Below are positions 37,301 to 47,540 of a stretch of 64,000 nucleotides of DNA, piece by piece. The notes under the pieces were generated by a model, which was given only the letters and a program-made list of their open reading frames with translations, did no database searches and was not told the DNA's origin. Origin of the DNA: an uncultured virus (IMG/VR IMGVR_UViG_3300033153_011590) (taxonomy: Duplodnaviria; Heunggongvirae; Uroviricota; Caudoviricetes); IMG/VR virus record IMGVR_UViG_3300033153_011590, positions 1 through 64,000 of that record; one strand, written 5' to 3'. How positions within the stretch are numbered: the first letter of the stretch is position 1; every line of letters starts with the position of its first letter. The translations under genes were made by a program, and so were the position numbers.

Positions 37301-40300
37301 CAGGAAGATTTTCAATTTCTTTTAATTTTTCGTAGAAATTTGCATCACCAATTCTAATTTGTCTGAGTTCTTCTCTGGCTTCATCAAGCTTAAAACTTAT
37401 TTTATCAATGTCAATGTGTTCATTTAGTGCAACAATTCTTCCATTTTCATCAGTTGCGTGCCATAAATTGTAAGAAAATTCCTTATCAATGTCATAATCA
37501 AGTCCTTTTTGTACAGCAAATTCTTTAGGTACAATCATAAGGTCACCCGCTTCAGGTGGAAGGAATCCTGCAATTTCTACTTGAGATGCAGATACATGAG
37601 AAGAAGTTGGAATTCTGAATGATGTAACATCCAGAAGTTCACCATCAATCATTTTTTCTTTAAGTTGCCATACACCATTTACTTTTCTGACGTACTTACC
37701 TTGATTTCTTTCATTATTATTAGCATCTATAGTTCCTTCAAATAAGTCAATCAGCTCACCTCTGCTGTTTCTAAACCTTGAAGGAATGAGTATTTGAGCT
37801 TTCTTTCCTTTACGAGCTGCAATAAGTCCTGTTTTAGAATTGTAATGCTTCGTATAAATTATTCTTGAAGCAGTCTCTTCATCTTTTACCTTATGTGCAG
37901 TCTCAAATCCTTTCTGTGACCCGGCAACATAAGCATAACCGGGCATCTTAAGTTTTATTAACTTATTGGTAATCAATGAATTGAGTAAAGACTCATAACG
38001 CATTGCATTGGAAGACATCCAAAGAGGATTCCTGAATATAAATCCTGAAATTCCACCTTTTCTATCACCTACATCTATAATCTCAAGAGCATCAATATCT
38101 TGTTGAGGATAATTCCTCTTCTTGGCTTCCCTTTGTAACATAAGAGAAAGTTGTGACATAAAGTACTCAGGATTCAAAGGTTGTCCATTTGAGTTTAATC
38201 CAAGTTCATCATAAAGTTCCTGTTTGAGGTGGTCAGTAAGTTCTCCAAAAGTTTCATTATATGTTTTAAGAAGTTCCTTTCCAGACTTAGGTTTCCCTTT
38301 TCCATATTGAAAACCTTGAATATCTGTTACTCCGTCACCAAAGAGCAGTTTCATCAACTGAGTACCAATTGATACCACACTTGTTTTCTCTTCACTTCCA
38401 AGAGCATGAAAAGGTACATCCTGCTGAATTCTGAAATTCCTTCTATCAAGAGTTACTGATGATTTCTCAAGTTCATCTACAGTAAGTTTTCCTACAGTTA
38501 AGTTGCCTTTGTTATCAACAGCAAATGGGTCAATTTCTGTTACTGTAGCTCCTACTTTTGCACCTGTTTTATAAGTAGCTCTTACATTCATGCCACCTAG
38601 TTCTTTACCATACTGTACCTCATCCATAACTTTTCTGAGGTCTTCCAATGCTGTACCGGCAGTTACTTGAGGAAGTAATGGATAAGCTGATGTTTTAATA
38701 TACATCATTCTCATTTTTTGTCCATCAAAATGAGAACCTGTATATACAGGTTTCATTGGTTGAAAAATAACTCTAAGCTCTTTATCTTCAAGTTTATTTC
38801 TTTTCGTAACACCATTGCGATACTGGTCTTCAGCTTTAGCTGTAAAGTCTTTATGCTCTTGTTCTGATATTCTTCCCAATGCAAATAAAATATCAAGATG
38901 CTCTTTTGCTGTTGTATATTCTTGAGCATCAGTAGAATCTACAGCAAAGAATGCACTAATAGTTGGAAATTCCTCTTTTATAAATCCCTCTTTATTTTCT
39001 TCGGTAGTATCCATAGCCATTATCTCATTGAACCTTTTTACTCCATCTTCACCATAATGTAGTTCAACGATATACTCCATATTGTCAGCAATATCTACAG
39101 AGTCTTTTAAAAACAGTTGCCTGTAATTGGTATCCAAACCATAAGGTTTCAAACCGGGTGCAAGCATTAATGCGAGACGTTTTCCTAGATTTGTACCGAT
39201 ATTTTTAGTCAAGTCTATGTAAGCTTGTTCGTTATCTCCCATATAAGGAAGCGGCTTAACAGTCTCTTTCAGATGTTTATAAGCTATTTTATTTATAATT
39301 CCGGTATTATAAAGAGTTTCAATCTGCTCTATTACAGCTCCGTATTCAATTTCATCAATTTCTTTAAATCTCTTAATAGTTTCTACATCCACTGGAAATT
39401 TATCAAAGGCTTTATCTTGAGAGTAATATGCAATATCGCCTCCAACAGTCTGAAACATGTTGGAATATGATATAAGACTATTGATTACAAAGTCTGTTGC
39501 AGCAAGCTCTGATTTATTATCAACAAACCTTCTTTCACCATCATCAGGATTGAAATACTCATCATTAAGCATTTCTGGATTACCTTTTTCGGTAATAATT
39601 CCTGAGTCTTTCCAGTTCTGAATCTTGTTATTTACCTCTTTGGTAACAACTTTCATAATAATTTTAATAGCCTCATCTTTAATGTCATCTGTAATAACAT
39701 CATCTTTCATTGTCTTTGCTATCTCTTTATCCTGCAAACTAACAAGAACTTCTATAAGTCTTCGGTTACCGATTTTTAACTCATTAAGTTGAGGTATCAT
39801 TAAAAATACTTGAGAAGCTAAATCAACTCCTTCAATATTATTTTCCTGTCCACCTCCTCTATGAAATGCTATAATTCTTTTAAGTTCAGGAACTACAAGC
39901 TGTTGGAATAAGGCTTCTTTTACTGCATCATTAGCTTGTACTTCATTATTCTTATATCCTATTTCTTTTGAGGTAAGGTCGAGAACAGGCATTGTCATTG
40001 TTAATATCTGCTTCTTATCACTCATTGTAGGAAAGAACATATTTGCAATACGTAATTTCAAACCATTATATGTATTGCTGACTGAAATTTTACCTTGCCT
40101 TGTATCCTGAAAAAAGCCTTGTCTTGTAATTTCTTGGTCACCATCAGCAAGATTAATAATAGCATTTTTATTTCCAGTAGGATTGCTTTCTCCTGCTTTA
40201 CGCATTGCAGAACCACCTATATGAACTACTCTAAGTAATTCTTGAATTTCAGTACCATAATCTCCTGTCAGTAATTTCAGTAGCATACTATTTGAAGAAT

Positions 40301-43300
40301 ATGGGTCTTTTTGAAGATTTTTTCTTGTATCAGTATCTTCTTTAAGTTCGTCAATCCGGTCTGTAGCAAATTTGGGTGGTACAAATCCAGAATAACTCTT
40401 TCCTGCATCTCTGAATGAGATAGTAACTGCCCTGCTACTAAAACGGCCCTCTTCTTTAGCTAATGACTTTAATGAAGTTTCAATGCTTCTGAAAGGATGC
40501 ATTTGAGGGTCTTCTGTGATATTAATTTTCCTGCCTTCACTGGTATTGATATACTCTGAAAGTTTGTAAGCTATTCCACCAAATACACCACTTGATTTGG
40601 ATGATTCCTCAAACATTGAAGTGAAGTTTACTTCTTGACCCTTATGGTCAACATATCCGTTGACTTTTAGGCTTTCTATAGTTCTGTTTGAAAGTACAAT
40701 ATTGAATTTTGCTAACCAGTTAATAAGTCTTTCATTTGAGAACTCGGATGTAGGTAACCATTCAATAAGTTCTGTTTTGGAGAAGGTTTTGTTTTCATCA
40801 AGATTTCTGTCAATAGCTTCACTTACTTGTTCTGTAAAAGCACTTTTCTTAGTTTGTGTAAGAATTTTAAGTATTTCTTGTTTTGTATAATCCTTACCAG
40901 CTAGATTTTTAGTAAGCCATTTTACAAATTGATTTGTTTTATTGTCTTTGTTAATACTTTCAACCATTTCACGAAATTCAGTATGAAGTGTTTGTGCTTC
41001 ATCTTTATTAATCATAGAGTCCCGTGAATCTTCATCAACTCTTACAAGTTTAGAAGCTTTTACACCATTCATCCATTCTCTGAATATTACTTTTTCTACC
41101 TGTGAAGAGTTGGTATCAAATACTCTGAGTTCATAACGCTTACTCTTTCTATCATACTTATATTGAACATATTGCATGGTCATATTATGCTTAACCATGT
41201 GAGTCATAAATCTGTTCTTTATCTGCTCAGTCATAATTTTTGGGTCACTGAGCTTAGAAATAACATTTCCTAAAAATGGAACAGCTTCTTTCTCTCTTCC
41301 AAGAATTTTAATTACATCTTCAAAGGTCATTCCTGCTTTAGGATTGCTTCCAATGATGCGTGTAACAATATTGATTGCTACATCGAAAGGTACATAAGTT
41401 GGTACACCTAAAAATCCTTGTATAACAGTACCATCAGTGTAACAGTTTTCAATACCAGCAAAGAACTTCTTCATTTCTTCAGGAAGAGTATTTTTACTTA
41501 CAAGTTCAGTACTTTCTTTGTCAAAAATCCTGTCTTGGCCTTCATGATGATTTTCAAGTTCACTAATAGCTTGATTTTCATCAAGTCCTGCATATTTGTA
41601 TAATTGTACTCTGATGTCATCTTCAAACTTCTTCCAGTTCTTTTCTACAGTATCAAATATTTTCATACTGTCTTTTAGTTCCTGAGAAATTTCTACAAGA
41701 CTCTCAATTTCAGAGCCACTTTCAATAAGAGCATCAAGTTTGTCAATCAAACTCTGAAATTTACTTTTACCTTCAACTATTTGATTAACAAAACCGTTGT
41801 TAATCATTTCTTGAATATTCTCTTTTGTAAGACTTTTCCCACTATTGATAATGGCATTTACTACGGTAAGTACAATTTGTTCTTTCTGTAAAGGATTTAC
41901 ACCCGGTACAGTATGAAAAAAGGCAGGTGTATTCAAAGCCTCTTTGATTAAAGAGAAGTCTTCACTTAAGTCAATCGTTGCAAATAACTTATTAATCTTC
42001 TTTGAACCTAAAAGTCCTAATGCTCTACGTATTTCGATGAGAAGTTTTATTTCATCAGGAGTTTTATTGTCCTCGATAGCTTCTTCAGTGGTCTTACTTT
42101 CAGGTAGTTCCTCAGATAAGGTTTCCATCTGTAAACCTATAATTTCTTCTTTTTTACTAGGTGTCTGAGCTACAGCTTGAGCAGTTCCTTCTTGATTGGT
42201 ATCAATAGAAACTGATGTATTTGTTGCTGTTACATAAAAGGTCTCTCCTCCTGATGTTTCCTCAAAAGCTTTTATATTTGTTGTAAGATTATTTCTCTGA
42301 TGTTCAGTATAATCCATTTCATTTATTATACCGTTCTTTTCGAATGTAGCAATCTTTCCTTCTTTACGAGAATATTCTGAATTGAAACTCTTCTTAAACG
42401 AAGAAGCTTTAGTCTCAATACTTGTCAATAATGTTTCAAGTTCTTTAGCATTAAAATTACTTTCACTCAGATAAATACTTATCATCTTAGTAGTCTTAGG
42501 ACTACCATCTTCGTTTACACCACCTGTAGGAATTCCTTCTCCTTTTATAGCATAAAATATTACTGGCCCATTCATCATCAGAACAGGTTGACCGGGTGCA
42601 ATTTTCGAAGAGTTTACATAAGTCATGAATTTTGTCTTATTCATCTTCTTATCCAACTTCACATCAGAAGGAACATCCATAATTGTGAAGTTATTCAGAT
42701 ATTCTTTTACTCCCCTGAAATCGGAAATAGGATATCCACTAGTAATAGTATGCAGTTTTTCAGTAATAGCTTTACGTGTCTTAGGTGAAATAATATGGTT
42801 GAGTTTACCTTCAGTATCAAACTTTGTAATATAAGCACGCAGTACCCACAATATATTACCACTACCAACAGAATCTTGCTTAGCTCCTTTCTCTAGTCCA
42901 TGTGCAAAAAATGCAGCATACAGTTCCACACCATTTTCATTAATACCTATAAATCTGATATCAATAGGAAGACTTTTTGCATCTACATTCTCATTAAGAA
43001 TTTCATCTTTATTTACAATTTTCCTTTTCTTATTCTCAAAAACTTCAGTGCCTATCCTTATAACACCCCTAATTCTTTGACCGAGAATAGCTGTGGGGTC
43101 TTGTTCAGCAATACTGGTACTTTCTGTCATCTCATCAAAGCGAGGATTACCGATAGGAGCATTGGCATGAATAGCTGCTGTTTTTTTCTTACCATTAACT
43201 ACATCTTTACGAAAAGCAATAGTGTTCTTCTGTGCAGCTCTGATGGCTGCTTCATCATGCGTATCATCAAGCAATAGAGTCTGATAAGTATCAATCCAAG

Positions 43301-46300
43301 CAACCATAGCTCCGTCAGATTCATCTGCAGCACCCATAGGTACATTCTGTTCTCTGTCATTTTCAACTTCAACTTTTCGTAATTTTCCTTCTTTTCCATC
43401 TTTATCAACAATAGTAAGTTCAATATAAGACTTTCCTCCTTCTTTAGAAGGATTGTTTATAATGCGTTTTACTCTGACTTCATGTACATTAGGATTATTG
43501 AGAGCACTGAAATCTCCATCATTCACAACAAAAAAGTCATCAGTGACTTTATGCTGATGATGTCTTGTATTTGGATTTTTTTCATCATTAAGTACAGTTC
43601 CCGGTTCTCTATGGTCATAAGACTTATATTCTACTGCATCTTGCAATCTACCATCAGGGCCAACTTCAGTTGGAACTTGACTGAACTTAAATCCTTCTCC
43701 TTCAATTTCGACTGTTATATTTTTGTATCTGAAATGAGTTATTCTTCCGTATTTATTTTCAAAAAAACCTCCGTAATCACTCTTAGATGTCTTTTCAAAT
43801 TTCTGTTCTTCTCCATTTATTCTATAAACAATTGGAATGTTATAATCCGATTCAGTAGTAATTTTTAAAGCCAGTCTTACACCTTTTTTGAATTTCTTAA
43901 CATTAAAAAGTCTTACACCATCAATGTTAGAATCTTTGACACGAAAGATTTTTATTTTTCGTATTCCAGTCATTAGTGAAATAGGTGCGGATTTATAAGC
44001 TTTGAATTTCAGTGTAATATATCTACCTAAACTATTCACTGTTTCTTCAGCTTCTTCTTTTTCTTCATTAACAATTTCACCTGCTTCTATAGCTTCTTTT
44101 GTTTCCTGTTTTGTTTCTTCATCAATGATATCAGACTCTTCTTCTGTAATTTCATCTTCTTTCTCTTGTTTTACAGGAGTAGTTTCTTTAGGTTCTGCTT
44201 TTACAGTCCTTCCTTTAATCCTGTTTCTGAAACGCTGTAGAGAGTTCTCTGTAGAAAATTCCTCTACAAAATGTTCTTGATATACTTCTTTTCCATTAGT
44301 TTCTCCATGACCACCTTTACTCCAGCCATATTCCAGCATGTCAAACATTGCTTCAGTATCTTCTTTTCTTGAATCAAGTTCATTTTCAGTAAGTTGTTTT
44401 TCATCTAAGCCAAGATAATCCCTAATCATCCTATCAAAGGTTAGATTAGTATCTCCTGCAGATTTGCGATTATTAATCCACTTATTTACCTCTGCTTTGG
44501 CATAATTTTCATCGTCTGGTGTAACTTTGATAGGAGCAGCGTCTTCATCAACATTTTTGTCAGCTTTTCTATTTCTGGTAAATTTTTTGGCAATGTTTTG
44601 TGTCTGACGATGAATCAACTTGTTTTTGCTTACAATAGGAACATAACCTTTAGGGGCCATGCTATTTTGTTGTCTTGACTTTTTAAAGCCATTATACATA
44701 TTCTTATATTTCTTGTATAATATAGCTTCACGCTTCTTACTGAGTTTTTCTCCTTTGAATATTGCACTCATCTTCTGACGGAATTCGTTACCGGTTTCAG
44801 AAGAGAATAAATCAGGAAAATTTTTGGCAACTTTCTGTTCTACTTTTTTAGCAACACGTACATCACGCTGATACTGGTCAGATGTTACATCTTTAAGTTG
44901 GTTTTCAGAATCAATTAATTCTTGAGTTATATCAGCATTGCTAAGTATTGCTTTATTATAATTTGATACATGCTTAACTTTTGGTTTTACTAGCATTCTG
45001 TCACGGAAGGCATCAGCATCCTTACCAGTAAATTTTAAAGTACCATCTTCTTCAAAATAATAGTCAGCATTTTCGAAAGCTTTTTTTCCAGCTTCAAGTT
45101 GTTCTACTGCAGCAGCTTTCAATTCTGCTTCAATTATCATGTCATTCTGAAGAGCTACTTTACTATTAGCTTTTATATCAGTTACTATATCAAAGACAGC
45201 TAAATTATCTTCCCATTTTTGAGTATCAATGTATACTTTTTCAAGTTCAAGAATCTCAGCAATAATATCTTGTGCAGCTTGTTTTTCGTCAACATTTTCT
45301 GAAGTATTAGCTATTTGTTGATATATATCTAACAGTTGTTCTGTCATACCTGTTTTGAAAGCTGTAAGAGCTTGAGAACGAAGTATTAATGCATTTAATG
45401 CTCTTGTATCTTGTCCTGCTGCATTACCTTCTTTGATTTCTTGTTCAAGTTGTGCTTGTTTGAAAGTTGAAGAATTTGAAGTAATAATGTTGAATAATGC
45501 TTTTTTTGCATCTTCAGGAAGAGATTCTACATACTCATTATACTTCTCCATGTAATGTTTGTATGCCTTTTTGTTAGACCTATATGATACTGCTTGAGGA
45601 GCACCCATCATTAAAGCTCCGGCTGCACCCCAAAGCATAGACTCTAAGAGTTCACCTTCCCAAAGTCTGTCAGAGAATTTATCTCCTGTAAGAGTTTCTC
45701 CTTTAGCATAAGCTATTCCTCTCCATTCACCCCAAGGATTTATCCATCCTTCTTCAATCAATGACTCAGAAGCCATTTCAAGTCCTAATACTTTCATAGT
45801 TTTCCCGACAGAAAGGTTTTTTACTGATGCAGCTCTTGTACTTATACTTCCACCTGCAAGGTTCTTATAACCTACTCTCATACGTTTAGCAAATGCACTC
45901 ATATTATTAAGGGCCATACCAAATGGAAAATTCATAAAATACATTGGAGAATTCCCTTTTATCGCAATTCTTGCTGCATGAGCTGATTGTTTTACAATTT
46001 TATTATAGGTTTCTTTATCTTTCAGAACTTCAACAAAAAATCTTTCAACTTCTTCAACTTCATATTGTTGCATCCTAGACATTACTTCTTTTTCATTTCC
46101 TTCTCTTTGAGCTTGACGAAAGTAAATCTGTTGTTGCCTTTCCCAATGTTGTTTCCAAAGTTCTCCACCATATTTTTCAGCGTAGATAAGTTTAGCTTGT
46201 CTCTCAACATCTCTTCCAATTTGTCCTACTTCACTTCCTGCAGGTACAGCACCTGATATTCCAGTTTTCATGGTTGGTACTAAAGTATTTTTAGAAAAAG

Positions 46301-47540
46301 AAGATAAACCTCTAGTAAATTTGTTGTTTAAAATAACATTTCCTACTCTAATCATATTCTGAGCTTCCTTTGCTGTTTTTGCACCTCTAACAAGCATAGG
46401 AATCGTTTTCATTTTTGCAAAAAGTCCTCCGGGTATCATACCTTCAATAGCAAAAGCAGTCAATGAAGTTTGTGTATTTACACCATTGTTTATAGTCCAA
46501 TTAGCACCATCCATACTCCAATAAGGAACATCATTATCTAATGCAAATTCTGTTACTAAGTCAGTTCTCGTAGTCCTTGAACTTTGACTAGCATCTGTTA
46601 AATCAGTAAACCAATTGCTTGTTTCCTCATCTCCAATCCAGTCATCAAGCCATTCAAAAGCTTTATCCATTTTCTTCAAATATCCATAGAAGTCTGTAGC
46701 TTCTCCTTTTTCTCTTATTCTTTGTGTTTCAGCATTATATTGTTCCCATTTTTTATCTGACCAAGGAATTACTTTCTGAGGTGTTTCATCAAGATACTCA
46801 TAAAGAGATTCATTGAGATTTTGCATGAATTCTGTTGCTTCAAGATTCTCACCATGTCTTTTCAATGTTCCTATTACATCTCTGTAAAAAGCATAAGCAC
46901 TCTGTTTTGTAGGAATAATATTTGTAACTCTCCAATCAGCAACATCCAGTATACGAGCAATGTCACCAGTTATAATTGCTTTTATGTTAGCTTCTGCACT
47001 AGCAAACTTTTTTGCTACATTGAATACTTTTTCAGGAATACCATAGTCTTCTTCCTCTCCACCAAACACTTTTGCAGCAGTTCTAGAACCGATAACATCC
47101 AATGTTTCTATATGAGCTATTGCCCATTGAGGAACAGATAACCAGTCAAAGGCATCTCCTTCTTTGATTACCTTAGAATAAGCATCATACCAGTTTCCTG
47201 AGTCGTTAGTTTTAGCTTTAGCTTCTGCTTCAGCCTTATTCCATAAAAGTTCGTTATAAGCACTTTTTGATTCATCAAAACTTCCTTTCAATTGTTCAAG
47301 AACCTTTGGGTCAAACTTAGGTACTCTTTTATCCATAGGAATACTCATATAATCATTAGTCATTATACGAGAGTCAATCATAGGCTTCATAGAAACTTCT
47401 GCAGGAGGTATTTCTTCACTTCTTTTACCTCGCATAATCATAGGCTTTTTAGAAGCAATAAAAGCATTTACTTCCTGTTCGTTCATAGGAATTGCTCCAT
47501 CTGTATTTTTAAGTGTTGGGTCTTTGTCCTTATTCTTCAT
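31374..47540 (-). CDS. Giant virion RNA polymerase polyprotein (two-barrel RNAP + zincin + two ASCH-like domains + SF1B helicase)
   Basis: 5388 aa; DAQEY, K.S..PL, FRIPT and GLDYDIDK (DYDIDK at 37482-37499); HEYIH (34179-34193); GSAGTGKT, DEASM, GD..Q, YRQ, TIHKSQG and YVAMSRA helicase motifs. Confidence 0.92.
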   Translation of the reverse strand: MKNKDKDPTLKNTDGAIPMNEQEVNAFIASKKPMIMRGKRSEEIPPAEVSMKPMIDSRIMTNDYMSIPMDKRVPKFDPKVLEQLKGSFDESKSAYNELLWNKAEAEAKAKTNDSGNWYDAYSKVIKEGDAFDWLSVPQWAIAHIETLDVIGSRTAAKVFGGEEEDYGIPEKVFNVAKKFASAEANIKAIITGDIARILDVADWRVTNIIPTKQSAYAFYRDVIGTLKRHGENLEATEFMQNLNESLYEYLDETPQKVIPWSDKKWEQYNAETQRIREKGEATDFYGYLKKMDKAFEWLDDWIGDEETSNWFTDLTDASQSSRTTRTDLVTEFALDNDVPYWSMDGANWTINNGVNTQTSLTAFAIEGMIPGGLFAKMKTIPMLVRGAKTAKEAQNMIRVGNVILNNKFTRGLSSFSKNTLVPTMKTGISGAVPAGSEVGQIGRDVERQAKLIYAEKYGGELWKQHWERQQQIYFRQAQREGNEKEVMSRMQQYEVEEVERFFVEVLKDKETYNKIVKQSAHAARIAIKGNSPMYFMNFPFGMALNNMSAFAKRMRVGYKNLAGGSISTRAASVKNLSVGKTMKVLGLEMASESLIEEGWINPWGEWRGIAYAKGETLTGDKFSDRLWEGELLESMLWGAAGALMMGAPQAVSYRSNKKAYKHYMEKYNEYVESLPEDAKKALFNIITSNSSTFKQAQLEQEIKEGNAAGQDTRALNALILRSQALTAFKTGMTEQLLDIYQQIANTSENVDEKQAAQDIIAEILELEKVYIDTQKWEDNLAVFDIVTDIKANSKVALQNDMIIEAELKAAAVEQLEAGKKAFENADYYFEEDGTLKFTGKDADAFRDRMLVKPKVKHVSNYNKAILSNADITQELIDSENQLKDVTSDQYQRDVRVAKKVEQKVAKNFPDLFSSETGNEFRQKMSAIFKGEKLSKKREAILYKKYKNMYNGFKKSRQQNSMAPKGYVPIVSKNKLIHRQTQNIAKKFTRNRKADKNVDEDAAPIKVTPDDENYAKAEVNKWINNRKSAGDTNLTFDRMIRDYLGLDEKQLTENELDSRKEDTEAMFDMLEYGWSKGGHGETNGKEVYQEHFVEEFSTENSLQRFRNRIKGRTVKAEPKETTPVKQEKEDEITEEESDIIDEETKQETKEAIEAGEIVNEEKEEAEETVNSLGRYITLKFKAYKSAPISLMTGIRKIKIFRVKDSNIDGVRLFNVKKFKKGVRLALKITTESDYNIPIVYRINGEEQKFEKTSKSDYGGFFENKYGRITHFRYKNITVEIEGEGFKFSQVPTEVGPDGRLQDAVEYKSYDHREPGTVLNDEKNPNTRHHQHKVTDDFFVVNDGDFSALNNPNVHEVRVKRIINNPSKEGGKSYIELTIVDKDGKEGKLRKVEVENDREQNVPMGAADESDGAMVAWIDTYQTLLLDDTHDEAAIRAAQKNTIAFRKDVVNGKKKTAAIHANAPIGNPRFDEMTESTSIAEQDPTAILGQRIRGVIRIGTEVFENKKRKIVNKDEILNENVDAKSLPIDIRFIGINENGVELYAAFFAHGLEKGAKQDSVGSGNILWVLRAYITKFDTEGKLNHIISPKTRKAITEKLHTITSGYPISDFRGVKEYLNNFTIMDVPSDVKLDKKMNKTKFMTYVNSSKIAPGQPVLMMNGPVIFYAIKGEGIPTGGVNEDGSPKTTKMISIYLSESNFNAKELETLLTSIETKASSFKKSFNSEYSRKEGKIATFEKNGIINEMDYTEHQRNNLTTNIKAFEETSGGETFYVTATNTSVSIDTNQEGTAQAVAQTPSKKEEIIGLQMETLSEELPESKTTEEAIEDNKTPDEIKLLIEIRRALGLLGSKKINKLFATIDLSEDFSLIKEALNTPAFFHTVPGVNPLQKEQIVLTVVNAIINSGKSLTKENIQEMINNGFVNQIVEGKSKFQSLIDKLDALIESGSEIESLVEISQELKDSMKIFDTVEKNWKKFEDDIRVQLYKYAGLDENQAISELENHHEGQDRIFDKESTELVSKNTLPEEMKKFFAGIENCYTDGTVIQGFLGVPTYVPFDVAINIVTRIIGSNPKAGMTFEDVIKILGREKEAVPFLGNVISKLSDPKIMTEQIKNRFMTHMVKHNMTMQYVQYKYDRKSKRYELRVFDTNSSQVEKVIFREWMNGVKASKLVRVDEDSRDSMINKDEAQTLHTEFREMVESINKDNKTNQFVKWLTKNLAGKDYTKQEILKILTQTKKSAFTEQVSEAIDRNLDENKTFSKTELIEWLPTSEFSNERLINWLAKFNIVLSNRTIESLKVNGYVDHKGQEVNFTSMFEESSKSSGVFGGIAYKLSEYINTSEGRKINITEDPQMHPFRSIETSLKSLAKEEGRFSSRAVTISFRDAGKSYSGFVPPKFATDRIDELKEDTDTRKNLQKDPYSSNSMLLKLLTGDYGTEIQELLRVVHIGGSAMRKAGESNPTGNKNAIINLADGDQEITRQGFFQDTRQGKISVSNTYNGLKLRIANMFFPTMSDKKQILTMTMPVLDLTSKEIGYKNNEVQANDAVKEALFQQLVVPELKRIIAFHRGGGQENNIEGVDLASQVFLMIPQLNELKIGNRRLIEVLVSLQDKEIAKTMKDDVITDDIKDEAIKIIMKVVTKEVNNKIQNWKDSGIITEKGNPEMLNDEYFNPDDGERRFVDNKSELAATDFVINSLISYSNMFQTVGGDIAYYSQDKAFDKFPVDVETIKRFKEIDEIEYGAVIEQIETLYNTGIINKIAYKHLKETVKPLPYMGDNEQAYIDLTKNIGTNLGKRLALMLAPGLKPYGLDTNYRQLFLKDSVDIADNMEYIVELHYGEDGVKRFNEIMAMDTTEENKEGFIKEEFPTISAFFAVDSTDAQEYTTAKEHLDILFALGRISEQEHKDFTAKAEDQYRNGVTKRNKLEDKELRVIFQPMKPVYTGSHFDGQKMRMMYIKTSAYPLLPQVTAGTALEDLRKVMDEVQYGKELGGMNVRATYKTGAKVGATVTEIDPFAVDNKGNLTVGKLTVDELEKSSVTLDRRNFRIQQDVPFHALGSEEKTSVVSIGTQLMKLLFGDGVTDIQGFQYGKGKPKSGKELLKTYNETFGELTDHLKQELYDELGLNSNGQPLNPEYFMSQLSLMLQREAKKRNYPQQDIDALEIIDVGDRKGGISGFIFRNPLWMSSNAMRYESLLNSLITNKLIKLKMPGYAYVAGSQKGFETAHKVKDEETASRIIYTKHYNSKTGLIAARKGKKAQILIPSRFRNSRGELIDLFEGTIDANNNERNQGKYVRKVNGVWQLKEKMIDGELLDVTSFRIPTSSHVSASQVEIAGFLPPEAGDLMIVPKEFAVQKGLDYDIDKEFSYNLWHATDENGRIVALNEHIDIDKISFKLDEAREELRQIRIGDANFYEKLKEIENLPEDEVNNKLEKALAAILNSTKYKTTTVEDVVIRIKALQKIRKKYLENEIVRIHSAVMGSDNPEVQRRINKVLSMDYASQQAEKLQDEDAEFNTLLSDEYQTKKMNLGAVGQMAIGVYSNFVVFNSLLQQSSSNISINVGDAGLTIGNYKSDGKLGRYTNILSSNTIKIIVDIINSKKGLQETKTAQIEKLKEGSLTYYEISEIVKDTKIFIDEEGNRTSEKEGGIEINIMDDIRTTSEAFAERQNTATDNEKEQILGRVGVNSGTINVDSILTLLGFDKGEYVKDANGELVLDKARKPIRMSISYLLISQPIVKEYIKRKQNRTAKINKIFPTNEEMLAELIDEFGGMDSLKTDDILTTQNMYDAAKNGVDNGIQLNALFMFLRIQEYSMSLSATQQLVGIMKNGLDKSLFNTTYLYELLSNIAFDENFENITDIIGDFKFGDQVTDASSATIQEWMRAGYVSVGDVFIRPTTMMGHLIVKGITTGHALSLETNNIGQPLFPYTNDSVEHVMNEIMRMTKATQYGKNEAVEFKNTMMKGIRKFINSGQESTIINGNTEGQRKRLFLEHDDAPSLASYLLGLKTAKNNVITTNYLLNDMLQYIPSNNDGISTIFFDNSADNAFNEKNVYVAFENLIADPQALPDNKAISDESILPNEQGDLYMEQQFALTSHEIQSMESFDKQVIVTANNMGMNKGETKLFKTKDNNSRGDRYKVTYLGKMTKNNYEGNFVLDSGQPRTKWTQQTEEFDAGQEKSIFRIEPIYTTVDLAEDLTSYSFLSGGVQGPIEFGKYIPLRMLEEMGYTDNMKNIDITDGVVMAKLLGMTAGISNFAIQFFQHNPDTLPSFTRKKLNLEQYKVGKLNNIPEELVPKIENADGTKTPHAMFTIKNTVENNFNVYIYGEYSDNKNVIRKGYIRLPQVGVHGMSEYDIKKVNVNSILNSKVKPAQVTSIQPESTESTDAYGILSNSPKTTLQSIATRDDSLGELAKVLIPINDKGLTIGVDKLIGEDGKYNPTQHHATISTNVVLGEDRNRQAEVFLHEYIHGLTSKEFNEYFDHEGNFKSGITINDVPQHIKDVYNMFLDAKDVFGITDEKLAQVRTKKAEEGVLNPEEIFIYGFSNVKEFVTATMTEPTFRERLQQQKYKDSNFFDKFTKIIKDMLKALNPNAENTMLDAVSGVILNMVIADVVQVEPKQEETSVNTMLNNIFDYVDEDTGEVYSVEGEQATIRMQPDNVTKIKAGTKTTTIRSKKEADKIGIPVGETKVVVFEDVPFTVTNRGELTIEEAGGVEAMIASEDVGSVENFKFAQTKNWINGKGKLFVYDISPIAETESEKEVVRYVNTDTGEITSTPPTKPEPTPVPKIVEPPTGKKEFTYKGDTIETEFPLGKEQKDALITLLSFVEGNATDNKVVKQALAQNVITLQGSAGTGKTTIIGYLQKMLEKRGTSHLIPTYVAPTHFATVQLGMATLKLGNKHLPSTVKSTVFAIDKRDAQGRRIGDEKEWLFSAKINKRIGKYGAPLMIVDEASMLSKEEIDGLQAAVENRGGKLILMGDIAQIPVVDTRKGITEKNVSPAFELSKFVLDKVYRQSEGPLLDLLTKIRTNIDYKSYKTPKHESIRIVPTKEFVSSLMKDLKENAEETVIIDYTNKGVKASNASARQLLGFSGEPKVGEQVIGYGGNNTKQIEDGDIANSVKYEITEIKKDDSGIIHIKGKSSVLGKMAEKYEGVSEEAEGKYMQLSLDDSLGFDLTEKQMENNNRLLSDIFKDIVNTVNEISVATAARDWGLKKQLTNVLEGHERSLGSYDVGDNYMYDIQNDRVVKKDKNIIARTPKNLHGKVVLNKGIDYGYAITIHKSQGLTVENVYFNMESLNRVPDLKIMLDGKQINSEKNTLYYVAMSRASKKVVINENEASFTDTFISEKKPASFTPMHPSEGDLTGTNPPDLSPAKRQEILNNEYQYLVDDINDTFGNTNINNLKCRK